From an uncultured beta proteobacterium (GTDB lineage: Bacteria; Pseudomonadota; Gammaproteobacteria; Burkholderiales; SG8-39), in the NCBI GenBank assembly GCA_903928055.1, contig CAIYPG010000046.1:2639-66638 (forward strand): a stretch of 64,000 bases of DNA. Reading direction: 5' to 3'. The notes below the pieces were generated by a model that did no database searches, had not been told where the DNA came from, and was given only the letters and a program-made list of their open reading frames with translations. Below are positions 37,501 to 45,862 of the stretch, in pieces. Position numbers and translations under genes: made by a program. Every line of letters starts with the position of its first letter. Position 1 is the first letter of the stretch.

Positions 37501-40500
37501 AACCACAGGCCCAGCAGCGGAGCGGCGATGACCAGCACCGCAGGGCGCGTCGCTGCCAGCCATGCCGCGGTCGAGACGGCAATGGCCGGCGCAATCCACA
37601 TGGTTCCCCAGGCCGATGCAAAGTCGGTGCGATCCGAGCCGGTGGTCCGGGCCGGTTCGCCCGAGGGCTGCCATTCGAGCAGTCGATGGTGCGTGAACAG
37701 CACGCGCGCGTGGGTGCGCAGGATCGCATCGAGGCTGAACCAGGCTTCGTAGGGCAGGCAGGCCAGGGCAAATGCCGACTGTGCAAATTGTCCGGCGGCG
37801 GCACGCAGGCTGCCTTTGGCATGCTGCCGGAAGTCCATGTCATCGGGCCTGCGTGCCAGGTCGAGTGCGGCCGCGGCCAGCGTTGGCGTGAGCAACAGGC
37901 CGAGCACGGCGAACGTCCAGAACACCGGCGATGCCAGCACGGTCCAGCCGATGAGCAGCAGCAGCGTGATTGCCGCCGGCACCAGGCTGCGGCGCAGGTT
38001 GTCGAACAGCTTCCACTGGGACAGGGCGGAGAGCGCATTGTGTTCGTGCCGCTTGCCTTTGGCGGGAATGCGCGACAGCAGCCACTGCGCGATCTGCCAG
38101 TCGCCGCGGATCCAGCGATGGCGGCGGCTGACATCGGCCTGGTAGCGCGCGGGGTGTTCCTCGTAGAGTTGCACGTCGCTCAGCAGGCCGGAGCGCGCGT
38201 AGCAGCCTTCCAGCAGGTCGTGGCTGAGGATGCGGTTCTCGGGGAAGCGGCCCTTGAGCGCGAACTCGAATGCGTCGATGTCGTAGATGCCCTTGCCGAT
38301 GAAGGAGCCTTCGGCAAACAGGTCCTGGTAGACGTCGGATACGGCGCGGGTGTAGGGATCAATGCCCGATTCGCTGCCGTACAGCCGCGCATAGCGCGAG
38401 CGTCCGGCGGCCGGCAGGCTCACCGCCATGCGCGGCTGCAGGATGCCGTAGCCCTCGCTGATGCGGCGCTCGGCCTTGTCCTGGCGCGGACGGTTCAGCG
38501 GATGCGCCATCGCGCCGACGAACTGGCGTGCCGAATCGCGCGGCAACTGCGTGTCGGTGTCCAGCGTGATCACGTACTTCATGCCCGCGAGGTTCTCGAT
38601 GGCGCCGACGATCAGCGCAAAGCGCGTTGCCGGAGCGCCGCGCAGCAGCGCATTGAGGTCGGCCAGTTTGCCGCGCTTGCGCTCATAGCCCATCCACAGT
38701 CGCTCCTGCGGATTCCAGGTGCGCGGGCGATGCAGCAGGAAGAACCGGTCGCCTTTTCCGGCGTTGCCCGCATACTTGGTGTTCAGGTCTTCGACCAGCC
38801 GGCGTGCGAGCTGCAGTGGTGCCGCGTCGCCAGGCAGACTCTCTGCGCCTGCATCGTTCCAGTCGGTGAGCAGCGCGAACAGCAGGTTGTCATCCTGGTT
38901 GGCAAGGAAGCGGATCTCCAGTGCCTCGACCAGCGCCTCGACACCGGCTTCGTCCGGCAGCATGGTCGGCACCACGACCAGCGTGCGGAATTCAGCCGGT
39001 ATGCCTGCGCTGAAATCCAGCCGCGGCAGCGCATGGGGCGTTGCCAGCAGGGTTGCAACCCAGTTCACCAGTGCCACGGCGAGATGGCTTGCGCCGAGGG
39101 CGAGCAGCAGGGCTGCAAGTGTCAGCACCGCCTCGCCGGCCCCATCGGCCCAGGCCCGGCTCCACAGGCCCGTGGCGAGTGCGGCCGTGAGCAGCGCGAT
39201 GGCGCCCAGGTACAGCGACAGCGGAACACGCGCCGCGGCGCGGCGCAGCGTCGTGGTTGTGGCGTAACGCGTCTGCGCAGCGTGCTCGAGTTCGGGCAGC
39301 CCCTTGCCGATCAGGTAATGGCCGACGTGCGCCGCGCGCTGGTCGTCACTACCGCCTTCATTGCCGTCGTGAAGGGCTGCCGCCCTGTGCGCCAGTTGCA
39401 CGGCCTTGCGGGCCACATCGGATTCGGACAATTGTCCGGCCTTCGCGATGCGTTCCACCACGTGCCGGTAGTTGTCGCGCGTGGCGAAGTCCATGCGGCC
39501 GTAGACCCCGCCGGGGTCTTCGCGCAGCTTCTGCTCGACCACGCTCATGGCTTCGACGAATTCGCGCCAGTCCACAGCGCCGAGAAGGCGCAGGCTGCCG
39601 ATGCTGTTGCTGACGTAGACCTGGTCAGCGGCCTGCTTCTGCGCCTCGGACTGCACCAGTTGTTCGATGGTCTGGCTGGACTCCGAGAGCCGCTGTTCTA
39701 TCCAGGTGAGGGGCAGCGCAAGTGCCGGGCTCTGGCCCTGCAGGCGGCGCGCGAATTCGGAGACGAAGGACGAACTCATCGGCGGGCTTGAGCGCGCCAT
39801 GTCCGCGATCATGAGGATGAGGCTCTTGGGATCCTTTGTGGCGACTTCGATCATGCGGTCGGCCCATGCGCCGGCCTGGTCGCGGTCGCTGGTGCCTGAA
39901 GAAATGCGTGCGGCAACGCGGCGCAGGTTCTCGATCAACGCAAGCCGCAGCATGATGGGAATGGCCCACAGTTCGCCGAGGGCGAGCAGGGTCACCTTCT
40001 GGTAGGCGGCGACAAAGCGGCTGAGCCGTTCGAGGTCGATGCGCCCGTCGCCATGCGACACCGATTCGAGCGCAATGTCGTAGACGCGCGGCCGTCCGGC
40101 CGAGGGGCCGTAGGCCAGTCGCGGCAGCTCGCGGCTGTAGCGCCGGGGCAGGTGGCGCTTGGCGGTGCGGATCTGCTCCTCGATCAGATAGAAGTTGTCG
40201 AGCAGCCATTCACCGGCGGGGGAGATGCGGCGGTTGGCGGTGACCGCGCCGGTCAGCAGGTTGCAGACCGTAACCAGCATGGCTTCATTGTCGGCCAGCC
40301 TTGCCAGGAGGCGGTCCGGCGCCGGTGTGAGGGTGAGCCGGTGCGCGCCGGCCAGGATGCGGCCGTGCTGTTCCATCTGGTCGGTGCTCAGCAATTCCGC
40401 GCGCAGCGGCGGCTCGTCTTCGACGGAGGCTGGCACTGGCGCAGGGCGCAGCCATTTTGACCAGCGGGCCGGCGACCACCAGTTCGTGGCGGGCTTGCGA

Positions 40501-40559
40501 ACGGGCTTGGCGCTCGATTTCAAGTGCAGTTCTCCTTGAAGTGGCGTCAGCCAGGGCAC
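31557..40559 (-). CDS. cyclic beta-1,2-glucan synthase (Cgs/ChvB/NdvB-type, GT84 + GH94-like)
   Basis: 3000-aa single ORF. N-terminal region EWLLDNFYLIEEQ, GT84 DxD region YVITLDTDTQLPRD, C-terminal GH94-like MGGGDWNDGMN and GGQYTHAAIW. Confidence 0.9.
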   Translation of the reverse strand: MPWLTPLQGELHLKSSAKPVRKPATNWWSPARWSKWLRPAPVPASVEDEPPLRAELLSTDQMEQHGRILAGAHRLTLTPAPDRLLARLADNEAMLVTVCNLLTGAVTANRRISPAGEWLLDNFYLIEEQIRTAKRHLPRRYSRELPRLAYGPSAGRPRVYDIALESVSHGDGRIDLERLSRFVAAYQKVTLLALGELWAIPIMLRLALIENLRRVAARISSGTSDRDQAGAWADRMIEVATKDPKSLILMIADMARSSPPMSSSFVSEFARRLQGQSPALALPLTWIEQRLSESSQTIEQLVQSEAQKQAADQVYVSNSIGSLRLLGAVDWREFVEAMSVVEQKLREDPGGVYGRMDFATRDNYRHVVERIAKAGQLSESDVARKAVQLAHRAAALHDGNEGGSDDQRAAHVGHYLIGKGLPELEHAAQTRYATTTTLRRAAARVPLSLYLGAIALLTAALATGLWSRAWADGAGEAVLTLAALLLALGASHLAVALVNWVATLLATPHALPRLDFSAGIPAEFRTLVVVPTMLPDEAGVEALVEALEIRFLANQDDNLLFALLTDWNDAGAESLPGDAAPLQLARRLVEDLNTKYAGNAGKGDRFFLLHRPRTWNPQERLWMGYERKRGKLADLNALLRGAPATRFALIVGAIENLAGMKYVITLDTDTQLPRDSARQFVGAMAHPLNRPRQDKAERRISEGYGILQPRMAVSLPAAGRSRYARLYGSESGIDPYTRAVSDVYQDLFAEGSFIGKGIYDIDAFEFALKGRFPENRILSHDLLEGCYARSGLLSDVQLYEEHPARYQADVSRRHRWIRGDWQIAQWLLSRIPAKGKRHEHNALSALSQWKLFDNLRRSLVPAAITLLLLIGWTVLASPVFWTFAVLGLLLTPTLAAAALDLARRPDDMDFRQHAKGSLRAAAGQFAQSAFALACLPYEAWFSLDAILRTHARVLFTHHRLLEWQPSGEPARTTGSDRTDFASAWGTMWIAPAIAVSTAAWLAATRPAVLVIAAPLLGLWFGSPAIAWWVSRPLPRRAARLTGEQRVFLRKLARRTWAFFEAFVGPDDHWLPPDNFQEYRDAVLAHRTSPTNMGLALLANLAAYDFRYLPAGLLAERTANTLQTMAGLERHQGHFFNWYDTQSLQPLQPRYISSVDSGNLAGHLLTLRQGLLAQPDERIFSTHVFEGLCDTLDVLIAAAGTHPTPAPLDEMLGQMRRDLDSAFDSRPATIAAAWHWMTRLAATARTVALGIDAVDAIPADDDARWWAHALDRQCRSFADELLWLAPWLALPAAPARIASLPGRISIPTLRHMAVLDAQLLPAIDKRLNLPDANPAAGATADALTHARTEERAWLAALRDSVTLAGERARERIAAIDALAQQAADLSRMEYDFLYDHARHLLAIGYNVDDRRRDASFYDLLASEARFSCFVAIAQGQLPQESWFALGRLLTSSGGDPVLLSWSGSMFEYLMPLLVMPAYEDTLLEQTCRSAVARQIDYGRQRAVPWGISESGYHLVDVQLNYQYRAFGVPGLGLKRGLAEDLVVAPYASALALLVMPEAACLNLQRLADEGLEGRYGLHEAIDYTPSRQRRATGAGTTGTTGTSAAGTVVRSYMAHHQGMTLLSLAHVLRNRSMQRRFEADTMFRATLLLLQERIPKVAAFHLRGAELSGIPAVSSGPEMPVRMLSSPDTPAPEVQLLSNGRYHVMVTNAGGGYSRWKDIAVTRWREDSTCDSWGTFCFIRDLASGEFWSSAHQPTLAPTPAYEAMFSEARVEFRRRDHNFDTHTEIVVSPEDDIELRRLHITNRSRSRRTIDVTSYAEVVLASATADALHPAFSNLFVQTEIIPHRQAILCTRRPRSVDEQTPSMFHLMAVHEADSTAVSYETDRLRFIGRGGTLAAPRALREPAALSGSAGSVLDPIVAIRHQITLEPEQSVIVDMVTGVGETRDAALALIDKYHDRHLADRVFDLAWTHSWVILRQINATESDAQLYGRLAGSVLYTSPALRADPVVLASNRRGQSSLWGYAISGDLPIVLLQISDLENIDLVRQLVQAHAYWRLKGLAVELVIWNEDTAGYRQVLQDQIIGLIAAGVEAHVMDRPGGIFVRRAEQISDEDRILIKSVARAIITDQRGTLEEQISRRSRGAMRAPHLNLPRFIPTRTRRAETMQAAVPLLPATPAAAKVQDGALIFDNGVGGFSADGREYVITTVRGKLTPAPWANVLANPHFGSVVSESGAVYTWAENAHEFRLTPWSNDLVCDSSGEAFYLRDEESGHFWSPTPLPARGNGPYVTRHGFGYSVFEHSEDGIHSELCMYVALDASIKFSVLKVRNESNRARQISATGYVEWVLGDLRPKTVPHVITELDPSSGALFAHNAYNSEYVDQIAFFDADDTTRTVTGDRTEFIGRNGTLRRPAAMTRAQLSNKLGAGLDPCAAIQVPVELAIGEEREIIFRLGVAGRRGAQDANKLVRRFRGPAAAHQALEAVRQYWQHTLGALQVETPDRAVNVLTNGWLVYQTLACRLWARSGYYQSGGAYGFRDQLQDVMALMHVEPGLVREHLLRSASRQFREGDVQHWWHPPSGRGVRTHCSDDYLWLPLSVSRYVLTTGDRAILDEVVPFLEGRPLNPEEDSYYDLPVRSEETASLYEHCVRAVLKGLRFGAHGLPLMGGGDWNDGMNMVGNQGRGESVWLGFFLYEVLTRFSGLARNHGDATFTARCLAEADQLRRNLEQHGWDGEWYRRAWFDDGTPLGSAGNDECQIDSIAQSWSVLSGAGDPKRSRQAMDSLDRRLVRREHALVQLLDPPFDKSAMNPGYIKGYVPGVRENGGQYTHAAIWAAMAFAAQGDSRRAWELATMINPLNHAMTAPDIERYKVEPYVVAADVYAVAPHTGRGGWTWYTGSAGWMYRLIVESLLGLRLEGDTLRLAPCPPEVWEGYVLHYRHRETNWHITVRQQPSGSITTADSAMHVSVDGVDQSEPVIALVDDRQEHAVEVTVGRTLPVAPSKVA

Positions 40560-40809
40560 CGGAAGTGGTGGGTACGGGAAGCGCGCAGGTCAGACTCGCC
40601 TTGTGCGCGCATGCCCGATCAGCCGCGCAGGCGAACGCGACGGCGGGAGCATTCATCCTGGCGGGATCACGAAGGCGCATCCGACCCGGCGACCCGGCGG
40701 CCCGGCGCCTTCCTGAACGTCTAGGGTCTTGTTTCCGGCGTGTGCAGTCTGTGCGCCGACGCACATAACCCGGACGGGTCATGTGCTATTGGAGGTTGTG
40801 CTTTGCGGG

Positions 40810-41544
40810 CTAGGTGCCCGTGCCGCCGCCCGTGGCCCGCGCGAGGCGTGCCGCGTTGTCCTTCGTATCGTAGATGTTGACGGCGGCCTTGCCTTTGGCC
40901 GCCTCGGCCATGCGCTCGCGGATCTCGTGCGCCATGCGCTTGTTCCGCTGCACGGCGGGCCTGGCCTCCATGGCTTCGAACCAGCGCATGAAATTCGGGA
41001 ACCCGGCCTTGTCGATGCCCCGGTCCGCATGGCCGCGCGTCCAGGGATAGACCGCCATGTCGGCGATGGTGTATTGGTCGCAGCCCAGCCATGCGCTTTC
41101 GCGCAGGCGGTTCTCCAGCACGCGGTAGATGCGCAGTGCCTCGTTGTTGTAACGGTCGCGCGCGTACTGAAGTTCGGGGCCCTTGGCCTGGTTGTTGAAA
41201 TGCCCGGCCTGGCCGAACATCGGGCCGACATGCGCCATCTGGAAGATCAGCCACTGCAGCGTGTCGTAGCGCTTGCGCGGGTCCTTGGGCAGGAACTTGC
41301 CGGTCTTCTCCGCGAGGTAGATCAGGATGGCGCCCGATTCCATCATGGTGTATCGGCCCCCGGGCCCCTCGGTGTCGACGATGGCCGGAATCTTGTTGTT
41401 CGGGCTGAGCTTCAGGTAATCCGGCGTGAACTGCTCACCGATGCTGATGTCGACATCGAAGTGCTTCCATTCGAGGCCGGTCTCCTCGAGCATGATCATG
41501 ACCTTCTGGCCGTTCGGCGTGGGTTTCGAGTGCAGTTCGATCAT
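40810..41544 (-). CDS. glutathione S-transferase (Nu-class, YfcG/YghU-like)
   Basis: TPNGQKV.IMLEE.GL, NNKIPAIVD, ESGAILIYLAEKTGKF, QMAHVGPMFGQ. Confidence 0.85.
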   Translation of the reverse strand: MIELHSKPTPNGQKVMIMLEETGLEWKHFDVDISIGEQFTPDYLKLSPNNKIPAIVDTEGPGGRYTMMESGAILIYLAEKTGKFLPKDPRKRYDTLQWLIFQMAHVGPMFGQAGHFNNQAKGPELQYARDRYNNEALRIYRVLENRLRESAWLGCDQYTIADMAVYPWTRGHADRGIDKAGFPNFMRWFEAMEARPAVQRNKRMAHEIRERMAEAAKGKAAVNIYDTKDNAARLARATGGGTGT

Positions 41545-41595
41545 GTCGTTCTCCTGTGTCGGTTCTGGACGGAGGGGTGCGGTCAGCCACGGGCA

Positions 41596-42573
41596 TCATT
41601 CCGGAACGATGCCTGCATCCTTGATCACCTTCGCGGAGCGCGCGACTTCCGCGGCGAGAAAACTGGTGAACTGCTCAGGGCTGGCGCTGGCCTGCAGTTC
41701 GATGCCCTGTTCGGCAAAAAATTTGCGCGCTTCGGGGTTGTTCGTGTACCTGGCGATTTCCGCATGCAGGCGCGCCAGCACATCCTTTGGCACGCCCGCC
41801 GGCGCGACCACGCCGTTGAAGATGCTCGCCTCGAAGCCGGGCAGTGTTTCGGCGATGGCCGGGATGTCCGGCAGCAGTGAAAAGCGCTGCGGGCTGCTGA
41901 CGCCCAGCGCCCTTACCTTGCCGCCCTTGACCAGCGGGATGGCCGTGCTGAAATTGTCGAACTTTACGCTGACATGCCCGCCGGCCAGGTCGGCCAGTGC
42001 CTGCGCATCACCGTTGTAGCCGATGCGCACAATGGCGACGCCCGCAGCGTGCTTGAACAGTTCCATGCCGATGTGCGAGCCCGAGCCCAGGCTGGAGGAG
42101 CCGTAGTCGAGCTTGCCCGGATTGGCCTTGGCGTAGCTGATGAGTTCCTTGACGTTGCGTGCCGCCAGGCTCGGGGTGACCAGCAGCATCTGTGGAATCC
42201 AGGCGGCGAGGCTCACGCCGGTGAAGTCGCGCAGCGTGTCGTAGGGCAGGCTCTTTGTCATGTAGGGCGCGTAGGTGAAGCTGGGCGAGATCATGAGCAG
42301 GGTATAGCCGTCGGCCGGTGATTTGGCCACATGGTCGATGCCGATGACGGAATTGGCGCCCGGGCGATTCTCCACCAGCACGCGTTTTCCCAGCCCGTCG
42401 CTGATGCCGTTGGCCACCGCCCGCGCGATGATGTCCAGGTTCCCGCCCGGCACCACGCTGACAACGATGCGTGGCTGCTTTGTGGGATAACTTTGGGCTG
42501 CAGCCTGACTCGCTGTGCCGAAGATGGCTGCGGTCACGATGGCAGCCCTGATCAACGGTGATGATGTATTCAT
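41596..42573 (-). CDS. Bug-family (TctC-like) substrate-binding protein
   Basis: Signal peptide followed by YPTKQPRIVVSVVPGGNLD, 325 aa. Confidence 0.9.
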   Translation of the reverse strand: MNTSSPLIRAAIVTAAIFGTASQAAAQSYPTKQPRIVVSVVPGGNLDIIARAVANGISDGLGKRVLVENRPGANSVIGIDHVAKSPADGYTLLMISPSFTYAPYMTKSLPYDTLRDFTGVSLAAWIPQMLLVTPSLAARNVKELISYAKANPGKLDYGSSSLGSGSHIGMELFKHAAGVAIVRIGYNGDAQALADLAGGHVSVKFDNFSTAIPLVKGGKVRALGVSSPQRFSLLPDIPAIAETLPGFEASIFNGVVAPAGVPKDVLARLHAEIARYTNNPEARKFFAEQGIELQASASPEQFTSFLAAEVARSAKVIKDAGIVPE

Positions 42574-42775
42574 GTCTCCCTCCTTGGGTAGCCCGGATGG
42601 GGTTCTTGTTTTGATTGTCTGGCGATCCGGAATCCGTGAATCCTACACTGCTGCGCGACGGTCTACTTTGGGAGCCGCGGATTTCCGGCGCGGCAGAATC
42701 GCGGCAATCCAGGCGCTGCGTGCACAAGGGATGGATCGGAAGTACGTCCCGTGCTGCCTTCCCGGAATTAAATCA

Positions 42776-42838
42776 TGATCATAATCATTGTTTAAAACTG
42801 CTTTAATAGAGGAGTAAATATTACTACTGATAATAATT
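42776..42838 (+). repeat. AT-rich 63-bp element, copy B
   Basis: TGATCATAATCATTGTTTAAAACTGCTTTAATAGAGGAGTAAATATTACTACTGATAATAATT. Flanked by a perfect 9-bp inverted repeat at 42759-42767/42839-42847. Confidence 0.8.
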
Positions 42839-42957
42839 TTCCGGGAATGACCTGCTGCTGCAGGGCGGGGAGTATCGTACGAGGGCCAGCCCAAAGGCAG
42901 CGCATCCTCGACGCAGGGGCGGACCGTACTGGCCGGAGCAGGTCCTGATTCAGGAAA

Positions 42958-43944
42958 TCAGACCCAGTCCCGTGCCTTGAGATAGTTCTCGTACAGCACC
43001 GCTTCGGGGCTGCCCGCTGCGGGATGCCAGTCGTAGCGCCACTTCACGGCAGGTGGCATGGACATCAGGATGGATTCGGTGCGTCCGCCCGACTGCAGGC
43101 CGAACAGCGTGCCGCGGTCGAACACCAGATTGAACTCAACGTAGCGCCCGCGGCGATAGGCCTGGAAGTCACGCTCACGCTCGCCCCAGGCCGTGTCGCG
43201 GCGGCGCTCGACGATGGGCGCGTAGGCCGGCAGGAAATGGTCGCCCACGCTTTGCATCAGCGCAAAGCAGGTCGCGAAATCCGGCTGCATCAGATCGTCG
43301 AAGAAGATGCCGCCGATGCCGCGCGGTTCATTACGGTGCTTCAGGAAGAAGTATTCGTCGCACCACTGCTTGTATTTCGGATGAGTTTCGGCGCCAAAGG
43401 GTGCGAGCGAGGCCTTGCAGGTGGCATGGAAGTGGCGGCAGTCCTCATCATTGCCATAGTAAGGTGTCAGATCCATGCCGCCGCCAAACCACCAGATCGG
43501 CTTCGATTGCGCGCCTGCGCCGTCGTTGCCTTCGTCGCCGGCGCCTAGGCTCGGCTGCGCAATCGAACCCGATTGCACCGCTGGGTGAGCCACGAAGCAG
43601 CGCACGTTCATGTGCACGGTGGGCACGTAGGGGTTGCGCGGATGCAGCACCAGCGACACACCCATGGCCTCGAATCCGCGGCCGGCGAGTTCCGGGCGGG
43701 CGGCCGTTGCAGAAGGTGGAAGCTTGGAGCCGCGCACATGCGAGAAAGCCACGCCGGCGCGCTCGAACACGGTGCTGTCCTCGATGATGCGCAGCCGACC
43801 GCCGCCGCCCAACGTGGCGCCAGGGGGCTTCTCCCAGGCATCGGACCTGAACGTGCCGCCGTCCAACTGCTCCAGTCCCGCAATGATGCGGTCCTGCAGG
43901 TCCATGAGATAGGTTTTGACGCTCTCGACGTTGACGATGCTCAT
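42958..43944 (-). CDS. hemF: oxygen-dependent coproporphyrinogen III oxidase
   Basis: [34 protein letters not shown], 328 aa. Confidence 0.95.
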   Translation of the reverse strand: MSIVNVESVKTYLMDLQDRIIAGLEQLDGGTFRSDAWEKPPGATLGGGGRLRIIEDSTVFERAGVAFSHVRGSKLPPSATAARPELAGRGFEAMGVSLVLHPRNPYVPTVHMNVRCFVAHPAVQSGSIAQPSLGAGDEGNDGAGAQSKPIWWFGGGMDLTPYYGNDEDCRHFHATCKASLAPFGAETHPKYKQWCDEYFFLKHRNEPRGIGGIFFDDLMQPDFATCFALMQSVGDHFLPAYAPIVERRRDTAWGERERDFQAYRRGRYVEFNLVFDRGTLFGLQSGGRTESILMSMPPAVKWRYDWHPAAGSPEAVLYENYLKARDWV

Positions 43945-43964
43945 TGCACTTGGCCGGAAAAGGC

Positions 43965-45269
43965 TCAGGCCTTTTTCGCCGGATCACTGCGACCGCTGGT
44001 GGCCGCAGCGATCGCACGGTAGCCGATGTCGCGGCGGAACTGCATGCCATCGAAACGGATCTGGTCGACCGCCTGATAGGCGCGCCGCTGCGCCATCTTT
44101 ACCGAGTCACCGAGGCCGGTGACACACAGCACGCGGCCACCGGAGGTGAGCACCTGCTTGCCTTCCAGCGCCGAGCCGGCGTGGAACACCTTGCAGTCTT
44201 CGGTTTCTGCGGGAATGCCGGTGATGGCATCGCCCTTGCGCGGTGATTCGGGATAACCGTGCGCTGCCATCACCACGCCGAGCGCGGTGCGACGGTCCCA
44301 GTTGGCTTCGGCGGTGTCCAGCTTGCCGTCGACGGCAAGCTCGATCAGTTCCAGCAGATCGCTTTTCAGGCGCATCAGGATGGGCTGCGTCTCGGGATCG
44401 CCGAGGCGGCAGTTGAACTCCAGCACTTTCGGATTGCCGGCCTTGTCGATCATCAGGCCGGCATACAGGAAGCCGGTGTAGAGGTGGCCTTCGGCAATCA
44501 TGCCGGCGATGACCGGCTGGATCACCTCGCGCACCACGCGCGCATGCAACTCGGGCGTCACGACCGGGGCCGGGGAATAGGCGCCCATGCCGCCCGTGTT
44601 CGGGCCGACGTCGCCGTCGCCGAGCCGCTTGTGGTCCTGGCTGGTGGCCAGTGGCAGCACGTGGCGACCATCGGCCATGACGATGAAACTGGCTTCTTCG
44701 CCGTCGAGGAAGCCCTCGATCACGACGCGGTTGCCGGCCGAGCCCATGGTGTGGTCAATGAGGAAGCGGTCCACGGCCTCGTGCGCTTCGGCGGCGGTCA
44801 TGGCCACCACCACGCCCTTGCCGGCGGCAAGGCCATCGGCTTTGACAACGATGGGAGCACCCTGGCGGTCGATGTAGGCGTGGGCCTGCTTCGGGTCGGT
44901 GAAACTGCCGAAGGCCGCCGTCGGAATGTGGTGGCGCTGCATGAATTCCTTGGCGAATTCCTTGGAACTCTCCAGTTGGGCGCAGGCCTGCGTCGGACCG
45001 AAAATGCGCAGTCCGGCGGCGCGGAACGCGTCGACCACGCCTTCGGCAAGCGGTGCTTCGGGGCCGACGACGGTAAGGTGGATGTTTTCCTTCCTGGCGA
45101 ACTCGACGAGCTCAGCATTGCCCGAAACGGCGATGTTCTCCAGGCCGGGCTCCAGCGCGGTGCCGGCATTGCCCGGTGCAACATAGACCTTCTGCACGCG
45201 CGGGTTCTGCGTCAGGCGCCATGCGATGGCGTGTTCGCGTCCGCCACTGCCAATGACAAGCAGTTTCAT
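43965..45269 (-). CDS. purD: phosphoribosylamine--glycine ligase
   Basis: [18 protein letters not shown]-terminus, ATP-grasp domain, 434 aa. Confidence 0.95.
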   Translation of the reverse strand: MKLLVIGSGGREHAIAWRLTQNPRVQKVYVAPGNAGTALEPGLENIAVSGNAELVEFARKENIHLTVVGPEAPLAEGVVDAFRAAGLRIFGPTQACAQLESSKEFAKEFMQRHHIPTAAFGSFTDPKQAHAYIDRQGAPIVVKADGLAAGKGVVVAMTAAEAHEAVDRFLIDHTMGSAGNRVVIEGFLDGEEASFIVMADGRHVLPLATSQDHKRLGDGDVGPNTGGMGAYSPAPVVTPELHARVVREVIQPVIAGMIAEGHLYTGFLYAGLMIDKAGNPKVLEFNCRLGDPETQPILMRLKSDLLELIELAVDGKLDTAEANWDRRTALGVVMAAHGYPESPRKGDAITGIPAETEDCKVFHAGSALEGKQVLTSGGRVLCVTGLGDSVKMAQRRAYQAVDQIRFDGMQFRRDIGYRAIAAATSGRSDPAKKA

Positions 45270-45273
45270 GGGT

Positions 45274-45849
45274 TCAGAAACTCACGTGACCAAAGACGAA
45301 CAGCACGTCACCGTTGCCCTTGTTTCCGGACAGCCGCGGAACGTAGGCGCCCATCAGCGTAAAATCCCTGTAATTGATGGATGCCATGGGCAGCACCACG
45401 GGAACAGGAAAGCCGCCGGCAATGTCCCGGCGTGAGGTAAAAGCCGCGGTATAGCCGATGCCGAAGTTGATGTTATTGGTGCCCAGATAGGTCTGGTAGG
45501 CATAGCCGGCCATCAACTGGAGCTGGCGGTGGGAGTCGCGAAAGCCCATGGCCTAAATGCCATCCCAGTCATCCCGGTAGCGGCCCCGATCCGTCACGAT
45601 CGAGCGTCCGTAACCGATGCCGTAGGCATCCTCGTTCAGCTCGGCGATGCGCTCCGGCGTATAGGTGTCGCGGCCGTGATGCGCAAGAAAGGGCAGGTAA
45701 AGGTCGTTGCGCCCCTTGTCCCAGGCTTCGACGATGCGCAGACACTTGCGCCCGAGCCAGGAGTCCGGTGTGCAATCAGCCAGCGCCTGTGTAGCGGGCA
45801 GCAGGCACAGGCCGGCGATCAGAAGCAATCGGGAGCAGGCTGTGCGCAT
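45274..45849 (-). pseudogene. pagP: lipid A palmitoyltransferase PagP interrupted by one in-frame TAG
   Basis: ORFs 45553..45927 and 45274..45549 are in the same frame, separated only by TAG (45553-45555). Joined, the sequence aligns with E. coli PagP as recalled (DLYLP..HH, ..[stop]AMGFRDS.., PVVLPMAS). ATG at 45849 is preceded by GAGGAGG. Confidence 0.75.
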
Positions 45850-45862
45850 GGGGTCGGCCTCC

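Noticed and set aside
31477-42838. Copies C and B as att-like direct repeats of a mobile genomic island carrying cgs
   Set aside because: The segment has no integrase, transposase, tRNA or conjugation gene. By eye its GC content matches the surrounding core genes. The repeats are only 38/63 identical. The bracket is recorded as an observation, but an island interpretation is unsupported.
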